A stretch of DNA of 63,991 nucleotides, filler included, from Licmophora abbreviata (GCA_900291995.1; 12 parts of 12 records of this genome joined end to end with filler, not necessarily neighbours in it), one strand, 5' to 3'. Counted from the first letter of the whole stretch, positions 37,045 through 49,411 are shown. Translations and numbers: made by a program. Notes: generated by a model not told the origin, from the sequence alone.

Positions 37045-40000
37045 CTAAAATTGATTGTAGAGAAACAACGCTGCGATCTCTTTGCCACAATCGAGAGCTT
37101 CGTACACCGACTGCGCCTCGTCCAGCGACGCCCTTCTCGTTACAAGCCGTGAGGGTTGAATACGCTTTACAAGCTCCCACGTAAGCGCGAATCTTCGATT
37201 TTTAGTCCATATTCCGCGAAGCTCTGCGGGGATCTCACTGACTTGTGAGGTGCGAATCATTTTGTGGCTCCGATGGAAGTCAATCCCAAGCTTTAAATTG
37301 ACTTTTCCGTTGCCATACCACGACCCGACGATTGTCCGACCTCCCGAGCGGGTATTGTCGATGGCGGACTGAAGAGCCTGGGCGCTTCCGCTTATTTCAA
37401 CAGTCACATCAAAGGGCCCAGAGCGTGACGCAGAAGACGGAAGAATGGCCTGCGATGCCCCCATGTCAGCGGCTGCTGCCAATCTGTCAGGTATTGTGTC
37501 AAATGCAGTAATGGGAGCGATATGGTCGGCAAACGAAGGTTGTAAACGGAGAATCGCTGTGACAAGAAGACCGATTAGCCCCTGACCAAATACAGCAACC
37601 TTCTCTCCAGCTCTGACATGTGCATCGTGAACTAGTGACAATGCAGTCTCGACCGATGGCATGAACGTGGCGTCTTCGGGGTCGATACCTTCGGGAACCA
37701 CCTGAATAGCACCTCGGTCAACCAGCGCATGGGACGCATGAGGTGAGAAGCAAAAGACAAGTCGCCCAAGTAATCTTTCTGCATCCGTGACATCCGAGCC
37801 ACACCGAGTTACGCGTCCCACGAGGCTGTAGCCATACGCAAGTGGATAGGTCATTCGTTCTTCCGCCATTCCTTCTATATTCAAATCTAGCGCGGCATCG
37901 TCGAACAACCCCTTGAATATTTTCAGCTCGGTACCGGAACTTATCAAAGATGCAACTGAAGTAACTGAAATAAGAACGACAAGGCTTGAGTCAGAAGATG
38001 GCACGAGCTGACGCGCTACACACAAGTCAACTTTACCTTCGACATCATTGGGCTCTAGGTCTCTTGATCTCTTGTAGGATGTATGGATTGTCGTGACTTT
38101 GTATGGTGATGTAAACTGGATCTCTTGTATAGATCGTGCACCGCCCAATCTTTCTCCGGTCCTTTCAGGCACAGCGCTTAAATATTGAGCTTCTTTTCTC
38201 ACCGCTGTGTCACCTCGCAACTTGAATAGCAGGTCGACATTGGTAACATGAATCTTCGGTCGGTTACGACGGGCTCTGCGGATCCAGTCAGTCGAGTCCC
38301 ATTGGCTCTTCAATATTTCCAGTCCTGCGGTCGTCCCAAAGAAGTAGAGCATGGTCTCCCACAAATAACCATTCTTGTTGGGATCGATCCACCAATTCGA
38401 CGGTCCCTTGCGAAGTAACCTCGCTCCATGACCCTCGAACGCCGTGATGAGTGCCAATGGATCCAAGTTGTGCCCGTGTTTCTTACTCAGCGCATTGGAA
38501 TACAGACGAAACGCTACCGTGTCGGATGGTAGACGACGNNNNNNNNNNNNNNNNNNNNNNNNNNNNNNNNNNNNNNNNNNNNTTAATTAATTAANNNNNN
38601 NNNNNNNNNNNNNNNNNNNNNNNNNNNNNNNNNNNNNNACTCAGCGCATTGGAATACAGACGAAACGCTACCGTGTCGGATGGTAGACGACGCCTTGTCA
38701 CCGCAGAACTATCATTCTTCTCCTCTCCAAACGGTTCCGGTGGCCAAAACTGAGTCGTCCCCGAAAATGTGATGGGAAAGTACACGAGTGTATTGTCATC
38801 GGTCGCTTGGTCACTACTCTTTGACGTTCGCTTGATGAACGCCAACAGATCCTGTACAAGCCGATATGGGTCCATCAAGTCAGCAAAGCAACAGCCCACA
38901 ATGAGATGTGGCCTCGGAGGCGGTTCATCGTAATGTGCTCCACTGGCAATGGTAGCAAAGTCATACATGTGTAAGTGCACCGTCACGGGGTTAGTCACAT
39001 GCGCAAAGACGAGGGCATCATCATGGTTCTTGTCCTGTGGCACAAATCCCAACCTCAGCATGGTCTCTCGGCATGCCGCCAACAAGCCAATATTCGGTTC
39101 ATATGCGTGGTACACAATCGTGTCACCAGTGGCTTGTTCCCCGCCCGTGTCACTATTGAGCAATACTTCCGCCACCAACGGTCGCTTGTCACTCGTACCC
39201 TTCAACAGGAGCTCCAACATCGACAAGGCTCCTGCTCCAAGATCCACAATACAAAGTGTATTCTTTGTAGTGTTGCAAGTGTGTCGTCGTAGGCGTTGTT
39301 CGTTCACGACATGTTCAATCATGTCATTCCATGTCGATGCATGTATCGACTCGGCATCGACTTTGTTTTTCGCAGCAAGATATCGGACATCGGAAAATGT
39401 GTAGTTCCTATCGATATGTCGGAAGGCAAGATTCAAAGCATGTTGCAATGTTCTGCCATCATCTTTATCATCACCATCACCACGATGACACACCCGAATG
39501 GCATCGATACCAACACTTCGAGCCGCGTGCACGTTGCGAGAGGAATCGTCCAAGAGGATAATGCGATGAGTGCGGATGGAGTGCTCTGCGATCACCTTTT
39601 GATAGAATATGTTTGGATGTACCTTGGTGGGATATTCCATTGTCGTTTGGTCCTCATCATCATTATCACTCTGGATCAAATCGGGGGTCAATAGTCCGGT
39701 CCAGGGCACACGCGAGAGTCCCAACGCACACAATACTTTTCGTACATGCCAAGACGGAGAGTTGGATGCCAAATAGACAGGACATGGAAGGCTTGGACTG
39801 CCATTGGTCTCAAACCACGAGCGGAGTTCGGAGCAAGATATCATCTTTGGGAGCGCCGTATCTGAATGGAAATCGTTATCGGAATGCGTGTAGCCTGTCG
39901 TCGTCACTGTATCTTGATAGGAGGACGATCCTTCCTTTTTAAAAGTACAATGCAACAATCCAGAAACGTCAATCGGTGTATACACTTGTTCGTAGTAGTC

Positions 40001-40504
40001 CTTCATTTGAGCAGGACTCATGCGGGATCGCAATCCTTCGATCGTTGATCCATGCGACCGAAAGAGATCATCTGCTTGTTGGGGTGACATTTGAAAATGT
40101 TTGTGGCAATAGGCATGCGTATTTTCCACAATCTGTCGTTCGATGCCAGCACAAGTACCATTTTTTGTTCTCAGAACTAATGCTTCTTCATTGTAGAGCG
40201 TATTGTCGACATCAATAATCAAGACCAATGAACGATCATCATCATCATCATCATCGTCGAAAGTGTTGCGAGCACCACCACGCATGGACATTGCTACTCC
40301 TAATGGCAGTCGATTCATGTTTGGAGGAGGCCCGAGTGATGGATGACATGATGCTACTACGAATGACGGCGATGGAAAGGGTAATAGAAACTGTAGTATT
40401 GAAACAGCAACGACCGTCCATCCGCTCCTTGCCAAAATTGCTGCCGAGGCCGCAAGCATTATCATCATGGAGTCTCTTCTCTCCCGTCGTCGTTGTTGTT
40501 GCAT
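37045..40504 (-). CDS. Trifunctional fusion: HAD hydrolase + class I SAM methyltransferase-like + MDR dehydrogenase (~1100 aa after closing the false gap)
   Basis: 38485-38538 duplicates 38639-38692, and merging the two is in frame (RLYSNALSKKHGHNLDP). HAD: IIDVDNTLY and LLDDSSRNV. MTase: RYLAAKNKVD and IVDLGAG. MDR: ISSGTE, YGYSLVGRV and VFGQGLIG. Confidence 0.85.
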
Positions 40505-40911
40505 CCACTCTAGTGCAGCTGGACTGTGGCTTTACCGATGTAATTTTTCTCTGTAGAGCAGTCCTTGAATGTGTTCGAAGTTTGTGGGCTGATGTGATCA
40601 TCGGCATCATCCGTAGTTCATGTGAGACAATGCACCCATCATCACAAAAAGTCCAAATCCAAATCCAAAAATCAAAAATCCATTCTCCGCGCGGCGAAAA
40701 TAGTGTGTCCACGACTGACTTCGGTTTGAGTCACGAGAGAGAATAACGTCACCCGGATCCAGTTGAACTTTGGTACGTACGTAGCTGCTATACTGAAAGT
40801 TGTGTATGTAGAACCCAGTAGCTGTCCAGTGCAAACTCCAAAGAGCAAAGAACGCAGTCGCGTCGAACTGAAATTGGCCTCACATCCAAGATACCTCTCG
40901 CGACGACGACC

Positions 40912-42252
40912 ATGGACGACGACAACGCCATCCAGAACGAGGCGCCTCTGGAGTCTGGCGTGTCTCCAGAAGAGCAGAACGGCTCTTCTTCTACTTCAGC
41001 CGTGATCGGGAGCTCCGCCATGCGGCCGGTCTTTCTTGGAAATCTGAATTCGAACTACACGGCCGAGCAAGTCCAAGAGATCTTTGAGCGTCCCATGCTT
41101 CCTCCTTCTCTGGAAGACGCAGACAGCTCGTTTCCTCCCATCCCCGTCGAGAGGGTGGACCTAAAGAGAGGATACTGCTTCGTCTTTCTCAAAGACGCTC
41201 AGACGCAGCAAGACAAGGAGACGGCCGAGCGATTCGTCTCGGACATCAACGGCATGTAAGCACCCACCACACGATTGGATTCACGTCTTCGTACAGTTCT
41301 ACGTCTCGTCACTACCTGCGAAAAACGTAAATGACCCGACTCGCCCTGTGGCAGTGGCCATCCAACAGACGACCACCACGACATGCCTCATTCACTCCTC
41401 CATAAAAATCATCAGTTTTCGTCGTCCCCTTCGTTCGCTCTCTTCGACACAACACAGATCTACACAAAATCATCCTATATACTGACTTCCCTACTCTTCC
41501 TTCTTCTCCCTATCATACTACTCTCTACCTCTTGCTCTCTCTCTCTACCAGGGCCGTCCCCAACGTTTCCAACGCGCTTCGCGCCGAGTTCGCCCGCGGC
41601 GATGGCCGTACCAAGCGCAAGGAGGACGAGCGTCGCAAGAGGATCCAGCCCAGCGACACGCTCTTCGTCGTCAACTTTCACGAAGAAACCACCAAACAGG
41701 AAGACTTGCGCATGCTCTTTGAACCCTACGGAGAACTTGTTAGGATTGACATGAAACGCAACTATGCCTTTGTGCAGTTCCGAACCATTGAGGAGGCCAC
41801 GCGGGCCAAGGAAGTTACCAACGGAGGCAAGTTGGATCAAAGTGTCTTGACGGTGGAGTATGTTGCGAGGNNNNNNNNNNNNNNNNNNNNNNNNNNNNNN
41901 NNNNNNNNNNNNNNTTAATTAATTAANNNNNNNNNNNNNNNNNNNNNNNNNNNNNNNNNNNNNNNNNNNNCGTCGAGGACCTCGCGACTACGGGCGTCGC
42001 GACGATCGTTATTACGATCGCCGTTCTCCTCCTCGGTACCGAGGACGGAGTCGTTCTCGCAGTCGTAGTCCTCCGCCGCGGTATCATCGCAGTCGTAGTC
42101 CACCCCCGAGGCGGGATTCTTATGATGATGATCGTCGTTACTCGGATCGAGGAGGACGCAGTAGTCCGGATGGATATCGGGGACGTGGACGATCGTCGGA
42201 TCGTGACTCCTACAGTCGTGGTGGAGACCGGGATCGTGGGTATCGTGCGTAG
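40912..42252 (+). CDS. SR-type splicing factor with two RRMs and an RS domain
   Basis: RRM1 PVFLGNL..KRGYCFV, intron 41256-41551, RRM2 TLFVVNF..KRNYAFVQF. After the gap it reads RGRSRSRSRSPP..GYRA stop. Confidence 0.9.
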
Positions 42253-42704
42253 GAATAACTACCCTGGAGTGTGCCTGTGAACGGGACAACGCACGGGACG
42301 AACAACGGTGTATGCAGTGTAGGGTTGCATGAGCATCATCATCGTATTGCGGCTACGAGAGGGTGGATTCGTAGAACAACAACTGCATGGATGATGGACA
42401 CTAGATACTGAAAACTAAAAGTTGGTTGTGTGAATCTGCTTCGTTTGGTTTTATTGCGTGTGCGGTGCGTCGCCGCTATTATCGTTACGAGTAATCTCGA
42501 ACCAAATACGCATGGTGACCCAGACAATGGCACTTTCGTTTGGATTGACAAGTTAGTCTATTATAATCTGGTGCTGGAAGTATAGTGCCGATTTGAACTT
42601 TCATTCGTAATGAATTGAAACGGTTATGTCCCGTGCAATGAAGGATGGCATGAATTGCGTGTAGTCTTTGAGCCATTTGTTGTTCCCGGTTGGCGCCACC
42701 CCCC

Positions 42705-43951
42705 TTATTGGCGCCGCAGTTTGGACGAGCAAGTCATTCCTAGGCGATCCTGTAAGGAAATGTATGTTTCATCCGACATGTGCAGGATGTTCTTGCGAAA
42801 GTTGTTGACGGCCTCACGAACGTACGTGCCATAGTCCGGGATGTCGAAGTCGTCGGCAACGCGCATGGTACGGATCGAAGTTGGTGACGCGCAGGGCTGG
42901 CACGGATCGAACTTGTCTGCTGCTGTAGACGCTGCATCTTCCAAGGATGTCAGGGCCGACCACCCTTGCATTCCGAGACGAAGTTTCCCAATGATCTCTT
43001 CCATGGATGTGCGGCCGCGGAGGCCTTCTGGAGTTGCGTCGTCGTCGTCAAAAGCTTCTTCGAGATTTCGTGTGAGCGACACCGGCAGTGGACTGGTCAA
43101 AAGGTCCGTGATGCTCTTTTCCTCGCTGCCCGGTGACATTGAATCCATCGTCCACACCTCTACAGCATCCGAAATCTCGCTGACGGTATCGAACGCGTCT
43201 TCGAGTTCGTCCGTCGGATTCAGACTGAGACTCCACGTGCCCTTGGACGATGCNNNNNNNNNNNNNNNNNNNNNNNNNNNNNNNNNNNNNNNNNNNNTTA
43301 ATTAATTAANNNNNNNNNNNNNNNNNNNNNNNNNNNNNNNNNNNNNNNNNNNNCACTCTTGTGCTTTCGGAGCGAACGAAAGGCACGTTTGACGAGTCCT
43401 ACGGTGGTGCCATCGCGGCGGCGGTCACCCCGCTTGGAAGGATGTTGCGGCTTTGATCTTCGACGACGCATCGGCCGGGAGATGCATCTAGCGATCCGAC
43501 GGCCTCTCGCCTGCTGCCTGCTTCTCTTGTTAACCGTCATCTCATCACAAAGCGACGAAGATATCGAGTCGTCCTTAATGTTCGCAGGTCCCGGCACGCA
43601 GAGAGGATCTTGAAAGTACTGATCGAAAAGCAGCAAGGACGACTCTTCACTCTTGATAGACTGACAATCAAAAGGAAGGCTGGATTCATCGTCAAAGGAA
43701 GACTTTTCCTTACGACCCGCGTCAGACGCTATGTCGTCCTCGGAATACATCATGCTCCCAGATGCCGTCGACGACGACACGTCCAAGCCGATCAAGGACG
43801 ACACGGCCGAGACGATTCCCGACGATGTTGTGGAGATTTCGTCTTCTTTTCCTGTTTCTCGGCTTCCGTGACTGGTTGCTTGAACGTATGCTCCTCTCAT
43901 GTATGCCATGGATGCCTCGCGGTCCAAGGAGGCCGCCGTTGTCGTCGCCAT
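42705..43951 (-). CDS. Hypothetical Ser-rich protein interrupted by a gap
   Basis: Same-strand open frames on either side of the gap at 43254-43353. No recognisable motif. Confidence 0.5.
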
Positions 43952-44341
43952 GATGGTCGAGGCGTCCTCTGGGTACCGGCACCGCGGCGAGTCGAGGCTG
44001 ATGTGGGCATCATCATCACGGCACCACTTTGCGTTTGAACCATGGCAACGATTTTTTATCAGTTTTGAATAAGATTATAACAGGTAATATTCAATAACGT
44101 ATATACGTATAAGCATCATATACTCCGATGTTTGTGCAGACGGCGCGCGAGGCCCCTTGATGTTGTTATTCGATACTACCTCGTATACCGCCGGTGCTCG
44201 GTACCATGGTACAGGTAGACTAAAAAGGACGATTCATCAATCGTCTAGTCTACTAGATTGCAGTCGTCGCTCTGAGAGAGCCTCTTAAATCATGATCCTA
44301 GTAGCCTTACCACCTAAGCGTACTTGTTGTACCTTCCACCC

Positions 44342-45559
44342 TCATTGGCATTGAAGTCCGATTCGAAAGTCAGGCTGCTTCAACGCGGAGCCAAGATCAC
44401 ACACAATGCCTCTTGCCTTTTTCTCCTGCATGTCCCTTATCATCTCGTCAAACAAAGGCTCCGCCTCCTCTAAGAGTAATGCGTCTAACTTGAAACGCTC
44501 CTTCACAATCTCATCCAACTCGCTGGTAACCACCCGATCTTTCTTGTGCGACAGTTCCTTTACCGCAACAGGTACACAAAATCGAAAGCCCATGAGTGCA
44601 AAGGTTTCCGCCAATCGATGATGGAATCCGAACAGTGGCATTTCCTTGAGTTGCTGCAAAGCATTCTGAAACCAAATAGATTCTCTACCAAGCGCATTTT
44701 CGCGGTCGCTCTCCTCTTTGGTCGGCAAAAGAGGTTTGTCTGTGGCGCGTGGTGTACCCGCCCAGATTACTTCCGTGTCCGTGGCCAGAAGTTTGGTAAA
44801 GAGATTATGTCGCCACCATGCCTTTTCTACCCACTCCTCTACTGAGATTGTATCGAGAGTTTGTCCGGGGTATATAACTGGGAACTGCTTATCCCATGTT
44901 TTTCGCATTCCATACTGACTCATGACAAATTGCCCTGAGTTCCGAAGAACCGTGAAGACCTCCCCTCCTTGATATTTCTTCAGCCTCATGTAATTGGTAT
45001 GTGATTTGGAAGTGTATTGAAAGCTGTTAAGAATACATGGTACCAGACTGCTGGATGAAGGACAGCTGCTGTACTCGACGATCGTCTGGTTTCCTGGACA
45101 CCGAAAGCCTTGATCTTCGTAGCTGAGCGTTGTATTGTGCCACGCCAGAGCGGTCTCCCGAAACAATCGATCGGTTGACGTAGAAGCCGTGTGCGGGATC
45201 GCAGCCATTTTGAAGACGGTCGATTTCGTAGGACACCGCTCGGGACACGCAGGCGCTTCTTGTATGCTGCCAAGCTCGTCGCGCACCTCCTCCAGATGGT
45301 CTTTCTTGAGAGGACGCACAGTACCTGTGGTGACGACCACAGTCCGCTTCCGTTTCACTTCCGTATGTTCCACTTTATTGCTATTTTCAAGAATAGCATT
45401 GTTTGGAAAGAGAGGAGAACTGGAGGAAGTCGGATCTCTCAGAACGAGAGTCACGACCACGGCCAGAGTAGCAGTACAACAGACGACGAGCAACAAGCCG
45501 CGAGCATTCTTGCGACGAAGAGCAGCATGTGCTCGAGATTTTGCTCGTGGCGTGGTCAT
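44342..45559 (-). CDS. Type II membrane sulfotransferase-like protein (Sulfotransfer_2-like, divergent)
   Basis: N-terminal TM. IPHTASTS resembles the 5'-PSB IPKxAxTS, FTVLRN..VMSQY resembles the 3'-PB, and ALQQL...FG...RLAETF is present. Confidence 0.6.
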   Translation of the reverse strand: MTTPRAKSRAHAALRRKNARGLLLVVCCTATLAVVVTLVLRDPTSSSSPLFPNNAILENSNKVEHTEVKRKRTVVVTTGTVRPLKKDHLEEVRDELGSIQEAPACPERCPTKSTVFKMAAIPHTASTSTDRLFRETALAWHNTTLSYEDQGFRCPGNQTIVEYSSCPSSSSLVPCILNSFQYTSKSHTNYMRLKKYQGGEVFTVLRNSGQFVMSQYGMRKTWDKQFPVIYPGQTLDTISVEEWVEKAWWRHNLFTKLLATDTEVIWAGTPRATDKPLLPTKEESDRENALGRESIWFQNALQQLKEMPLFGFHHRLAETFALMGFRFCVPVAVKELSHKKDRVVTSELDEIVKERFKLDALLLEEAEPLFDEMIRDMQEKKARGIVCDLGSALKQPDFRIGLQCQ

Positions 45560-46033
45560 GGCAACACTGATGCTCCTTGTCAGTTTCGTTTTAGAGGGAA
45601 ACGCCTGACTGTCGGAAGAGAAAAGGATTGCGAGATAACGTCAAGTAAAAGGCAACAGGGATAACTGATACGAAGTAGTAAACTCTAGTAGCTGCGGGTC
45701 TAGTGTTTGATGTTGTACCGGTAAGTATAGCAAGTGTCGCTGTGCTTGTCATCAGCTTCATTTCATGGCGCGGATGGGAGCGGACGCGCTGCCAAACATG
45801 TGAGTGAGACTCATACAATAAGTAGAAATGTCCCCAAGACAGTTCCTCAGCTGCAAACTGTACAAATACAGCTGTGCATTGGCTTACCAGGTATTTCGTA
45901 TATTCATATCCCTGATCGAACAGCACTGAAAATGAATGAATCTCTTTGACGCCTGATTGTACATCGGTGATGGCACGAGAATCTTTTCCTTGTCTTCTTG
46001 AAAGCTCGTTCGTTCTATTCCCAGAACAGAAGA

Positions 46034-46447
46034 ATGGAAAAAGAGATTGTCGAAAAGCTGGAATGCTCTTGGAAGGAAGCGCAGGAATTGATCTACGAGG
46101 CCAAGAATGACCTTCACTTGTTCGACGATGATGTGATAAACGACGAGAATCATGACAAGATCTTGCAGCGTGTGTCCGAACTGTGGGAGAAGCGAAAGCC
46201 CTCGGACGAAGAGAAACTAGAAAAGAAACAGATGGCCAAAGAGAAAAATACCAGGGCGAAGGCACGAAAAGAAAAAGAGTATGAACATGCTCGAAAAAAC
46301 GCTGCCAAAGAAGATGACGCGGCGTTCCGTCGGAATTTTCTCAGGTGCATTACTTGTGGGTTGATGCTGTGGTGCACCAAAGGCACCGGAATTATTAATA
46401 AAGAAGGTGAGAATGTGACAGGAGAAGAGCGACCTGATGAGAACTAG
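46034..46447 (+). CDS. Small charged coiled-coil hypothetical protein
   Basis: ORF from MEKEIVEK; K/E-rich with a CITC..WC patch. Confidence 0.55.
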   Translation: MEKEIVEKLECSWKEAQELIYEAKNDLHLFDDDVINDENHDKILQRVSELWEKRKPSDEEKLEKKQMAKEKNTRAKARKEKEYEHARKNAAKEDDAAFRRNFLRCITCGLMLWCTKGTGIINKEGENVTGEERPDEN

Positions 46448-46752
46448 AGTGCCATGCCATACTTGGACTGTCACATCATGGATAGAGCGTGACGTTGAGA
46501 GATTGTTGCTTTCCTCTTGCATCATCGAACGCTATTCTATTCTACCATTAAATCATTTCAATTCACAGAACACATGCGATATGGTCAGCACATTACTTAG
46601 CGAGACTGCCNNNNNNNNNNNNNNNNNNNNNNNNNNNNNNNNNNNNNNNNNNNNTTAATTAATTAANNNNNNNNNNNNNNNNNNNNNNNNNNNNNNNNNN
46701 NNNNNNNNNNCATTACTTAGCGAGACTGCCCGCTCTTACTGTAAAACCCTAG

Positions 46753-49116
46753 CTAGTACGAACAAGAGTCTCGCAAGCCTTCTTTGATGCGAGCAGGTGC
46801 TCGTGCGTACATGCGACAGAACTCCACTGCATCTATCCTGGATGGAACGACTTGATGGAGCCAAATGTCTATGTCTTGGACTTCATCATCACTGGGTAAG
46901 CCCGCATTCGACTTGCTGAGAATGTCCACAAGTTCGTCAGCATTAATCAGTCCTGTTCCTTCCTGGTCGACACACGCAAATATTTCTAGCAGTCCGTCGA
47001 CTTCGCCTAGGGGGATCTTGGCTGCTGCTGCGGCAGCTTCTCGTAAGTCGTCGGGAAAGATAGGAGTGGACGCAGACTTGAAGTGCGGAAGAGCAAGGGC
47101 GCTTCGAATTAATGCTGGTGCCGATCTGGGAAGTTCGTCGGATTCCACAATGACTTCAGTGGCTCCTGCGGATTGTAGAGATTGGGCTTCGGAACGTGTC
47201 TGGGCGCGAGTGTAAATGGGAGTGTCGCCGAAGGATATGTGAAGTCGTGACGTTGCCGAGAGAACAAGCTCGTGCTGCTCGTATGTCACAAATATAGCCG
47301 TCGGCTGGGAGACACCACTCGATCGAATCACTTCTGGATTCGACGGGTCGCCGTACAATACAAGGACATCAGACGTCATGACAGAATCAAACATGGCAGG
47401 GTCTGAATCAAACACAACCAAGGGAGGAAAGCGATCTGGCGAAGCAGCTGACCTAGCAGTGAGTGCAGTGAACAGGGACTGTCCAATCTCCCCGAATCCG
47501 CACACGACAATGGAATTCGCAGCAACGACGCCTTGCTCAACTTCAATTGGCTCCCCGTCTTCCAGTCTGAGTTTCGGTTTGACGAATGGCGCAGACGCAG
47601 CCGCAGCAAGTTCTCCCAGGATTGGGGTAACACTCATGGTGATGAGAATGATTGCGGTCAAGAGACCACCGAGTTCGGGCGGCAAGACTTCCAACTTCTC
47701 TGCCGCCGCGAGCACCACAAAGGCGAACTCGCCTCCTCCTGCCAACAGGAACGCGACACGTATGCCCTCGGAAACTGAGAGTCGGTTAGGCTCGAATTCC
47801 CTTGGGATACGTGTAGCGAACCCCAAGGTTACCGCTTTGATAGCAGTCAAGGCTAACGAGCCAGCAATGATTGTGGGCCATTCTTGTACCACCAATTCTG
47901 TATCGAAGCTTGACCCCGCCCCCATGAAGAAGATTCCTAGAAGAATGCCCTTGAAGGGGAGTATATCCGCTTGTATCTGAGACCGATAGTTAGTATTGGC
48001 CAATAGCATACCAGCTGCAAAAGCACCTGCTGTATCCGTCAGTCCAAAGGTTTTTGCAATTGCCCCCATTCCAACCGAAACCAACAAAGAGAGTGCCACA
48101 AACGTCTCGGTTGACCGTGTCTGTGCCACAAGTCGAAATAGACGACTTAGTAGGCGAGATCCCAAAAATACGACAAAGCCGAAGCCCAGTGTGGCCTTGA
48201 TAGTTAGGAATCCAATAGCGGCATAATCAGTCACCCCTTGTCCCACAACATACGGCATCAGAACTAGCAATGGAGCAACGAAAAGATCCTGCAGGAGAAG
48301 AATGGAAGTAGCCGCCTGGCCTGAGTCTTCTTCTTCCCATTCGCGTTCCTTGAGCACTGGAAAGACAAACGCCGATGTCGACAGCGTTCCTGCGAGTGCC
48401 AAGACCAAGGCTTCTATGGGATTTCGCACGTCAATCAGTCCCGCATCCAGTGGAACGAAACGTTGAAACGTATACGGATCAACGAGTAGGATACAGGCAG
48501 TAAGAGCTCCTGTACACAACGCGATCTGGGCGCACCCTAGTGGGAGATAGTTCGCAAGCTTAGCCAACCGTGCTTTCGAAACTTCCAAGCCTTCAGAAAA
48601 CAGCAGAAACAGAATCCCAAAATCTCCAAGCTCGACGTCTGCCTCGGTGTTCGAAAACTCATCCAAGCCGTGAGGACCGAGCAGCGCACCAGCCAGCAGG
48701 TAGCCTAAAATTGGAGTTACACCCACTGTTCGAGCCACAGGAGTCACGATCACGGATGCGAACAGAAAAACCAGCAAATCTCGGCCAATTGAGGCTAAAA
48801 CCATGCTCGTGGCCGCCTCGGGTACTCGAGCGCCGCCAATGGTCAGCGCCTGTGAGAGTTCCTTTCCCAGGTCACTGAACGGGATGTCATGCGGGAGGAG
48901 AGAATACACATCTGGGAAAGCTGTGAGCGATGTGTGGGTTCGACAGCTCTCTCCTGGTCTTGTTGTCACACATGGCGACAGAAAGGAGGATGCCTGATGT
49001 CTTCGTATTCTTCGTTCGGCCAGGTGAGGAACTTGAAAACTGTGGCAAAATCCGACGACCAACGCAAAATCGAACCATCGCTTCCGTCTCCGCCCATAGT
49101 GTGCCCTCGACCTCAT
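46753..49116 (-). CDS. KEA3: K+/H+ antiporter (CPA2, KEA3-like) with RCK/KTN domain and C-terminal EF-hand
   Basis: Plastid-type presequence (..CHS-FQV), LGDFGILFLLFSEGLE, ILLLQD, GGEFAFVV, VVCGFGEIGQ and EF-hand DQEGTGLINADE. Confidence 0.88.
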   Translation of the reverse strand: MRSRAHYGRRRKRWFDFALVVGFCHSFQVPHLAERRIRRHQASSFLSPCVTTRPGESCRTHTSLTAFPDVYSLLPHDIPFSDLGKELSQALTIGGARVPEAATSMVLASIGRDLLVFLFASVIVTPVARTVGVTPILGYLLAGALLGPHGLDEFSNTEADVELGDFGILFLLFSEGLEVSKARLAKLANYLPLGCAQIALCTGALTACILLVDPYTFQRFVPLDAGLIDVRNPIEALVLALAGTLSTSAFVFPVLKEREWEEEDSGQAATSILLLQDLFVAPLLVLMPYVVGQGVTDYAAIGFLTIKATLGFGFVVFLGSRLLSRLFRLVAQTRSTETFVALSLLVSVGMGAIAKTFGLTDTAGAFAAGMLLANTNYRSQIQADILPFKGILLGIFFMGAGSSFDTELVVQEWPTIIAGSLALTAIKAVTLGFATRIPREFEPNRLSVSEGIRVAFLLAGGGEFAFVVLAAAEKLEVLPPELGGLLTAIILITMSVTPILGELAAAASAPFVKPKLRLEDGEPIEVEQGVVAANSIVVCGFGEIGQSLFTALTARSAASPDRFPPLVVFDSDPAMFDSVMTSDVLVLYGDPSNPEVIRSSGVSQPTAIFVTYEQHELVLSATSRLHISFGDTPIYTRAQTRSEAQSLQSAGATEVIVESDELPRSAPALIRSALALPHFKSASTPIFPDDLREAAAAAAKIPLGEVDGLLEIFACVDQEGTGLINADELVDILSKSNAGLPSDDEVQDIDIWLHQVVPSRIDAVEFCRMYARAPARIKEGLRDSCSY

Positions 49117-49411
49117 GAGAATATTCTTTGCGTTGTAATGTCATCGCCAAGCCACTCCATCAACTTCGGAAGGGTCTGGCATCACATCGCAAAGCACACA
49201 CCACGGCTCGGCATCACTGCGATGTTGAGATCTGACGTACGTGAATTTTTGCCGCCGCGCGTGCGCCGTACAGACTCCGCGAGCTTTCCGAGTCTTGCAT
49301 TGCATTCCTGGTGCATGCTTGCCATCGATCGCATCTGCTAAGCGACTACCAGTACGAACAATCTATCATACGTAGACCTAGCACTACAGTGACTTACTGT
49401 ACTCATTTGAG

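Noticed and set aside
38485..38692. Direct repeats flanking gaps (also 46590/46711 and 62577/62784) as target-site duplications or tandem repeats
   Set aside because: They abut the gap exactly on both sides, and the two that fall in genes merge in frame, so they are unmerged contig overlaps.
44095..44260. Palindromes ACGTATATACGT and GTACCATGGTAC as MITE ends
   Set aside because: No matching terminal inverted pair or target duplication. Short palindromes are expected by chance.
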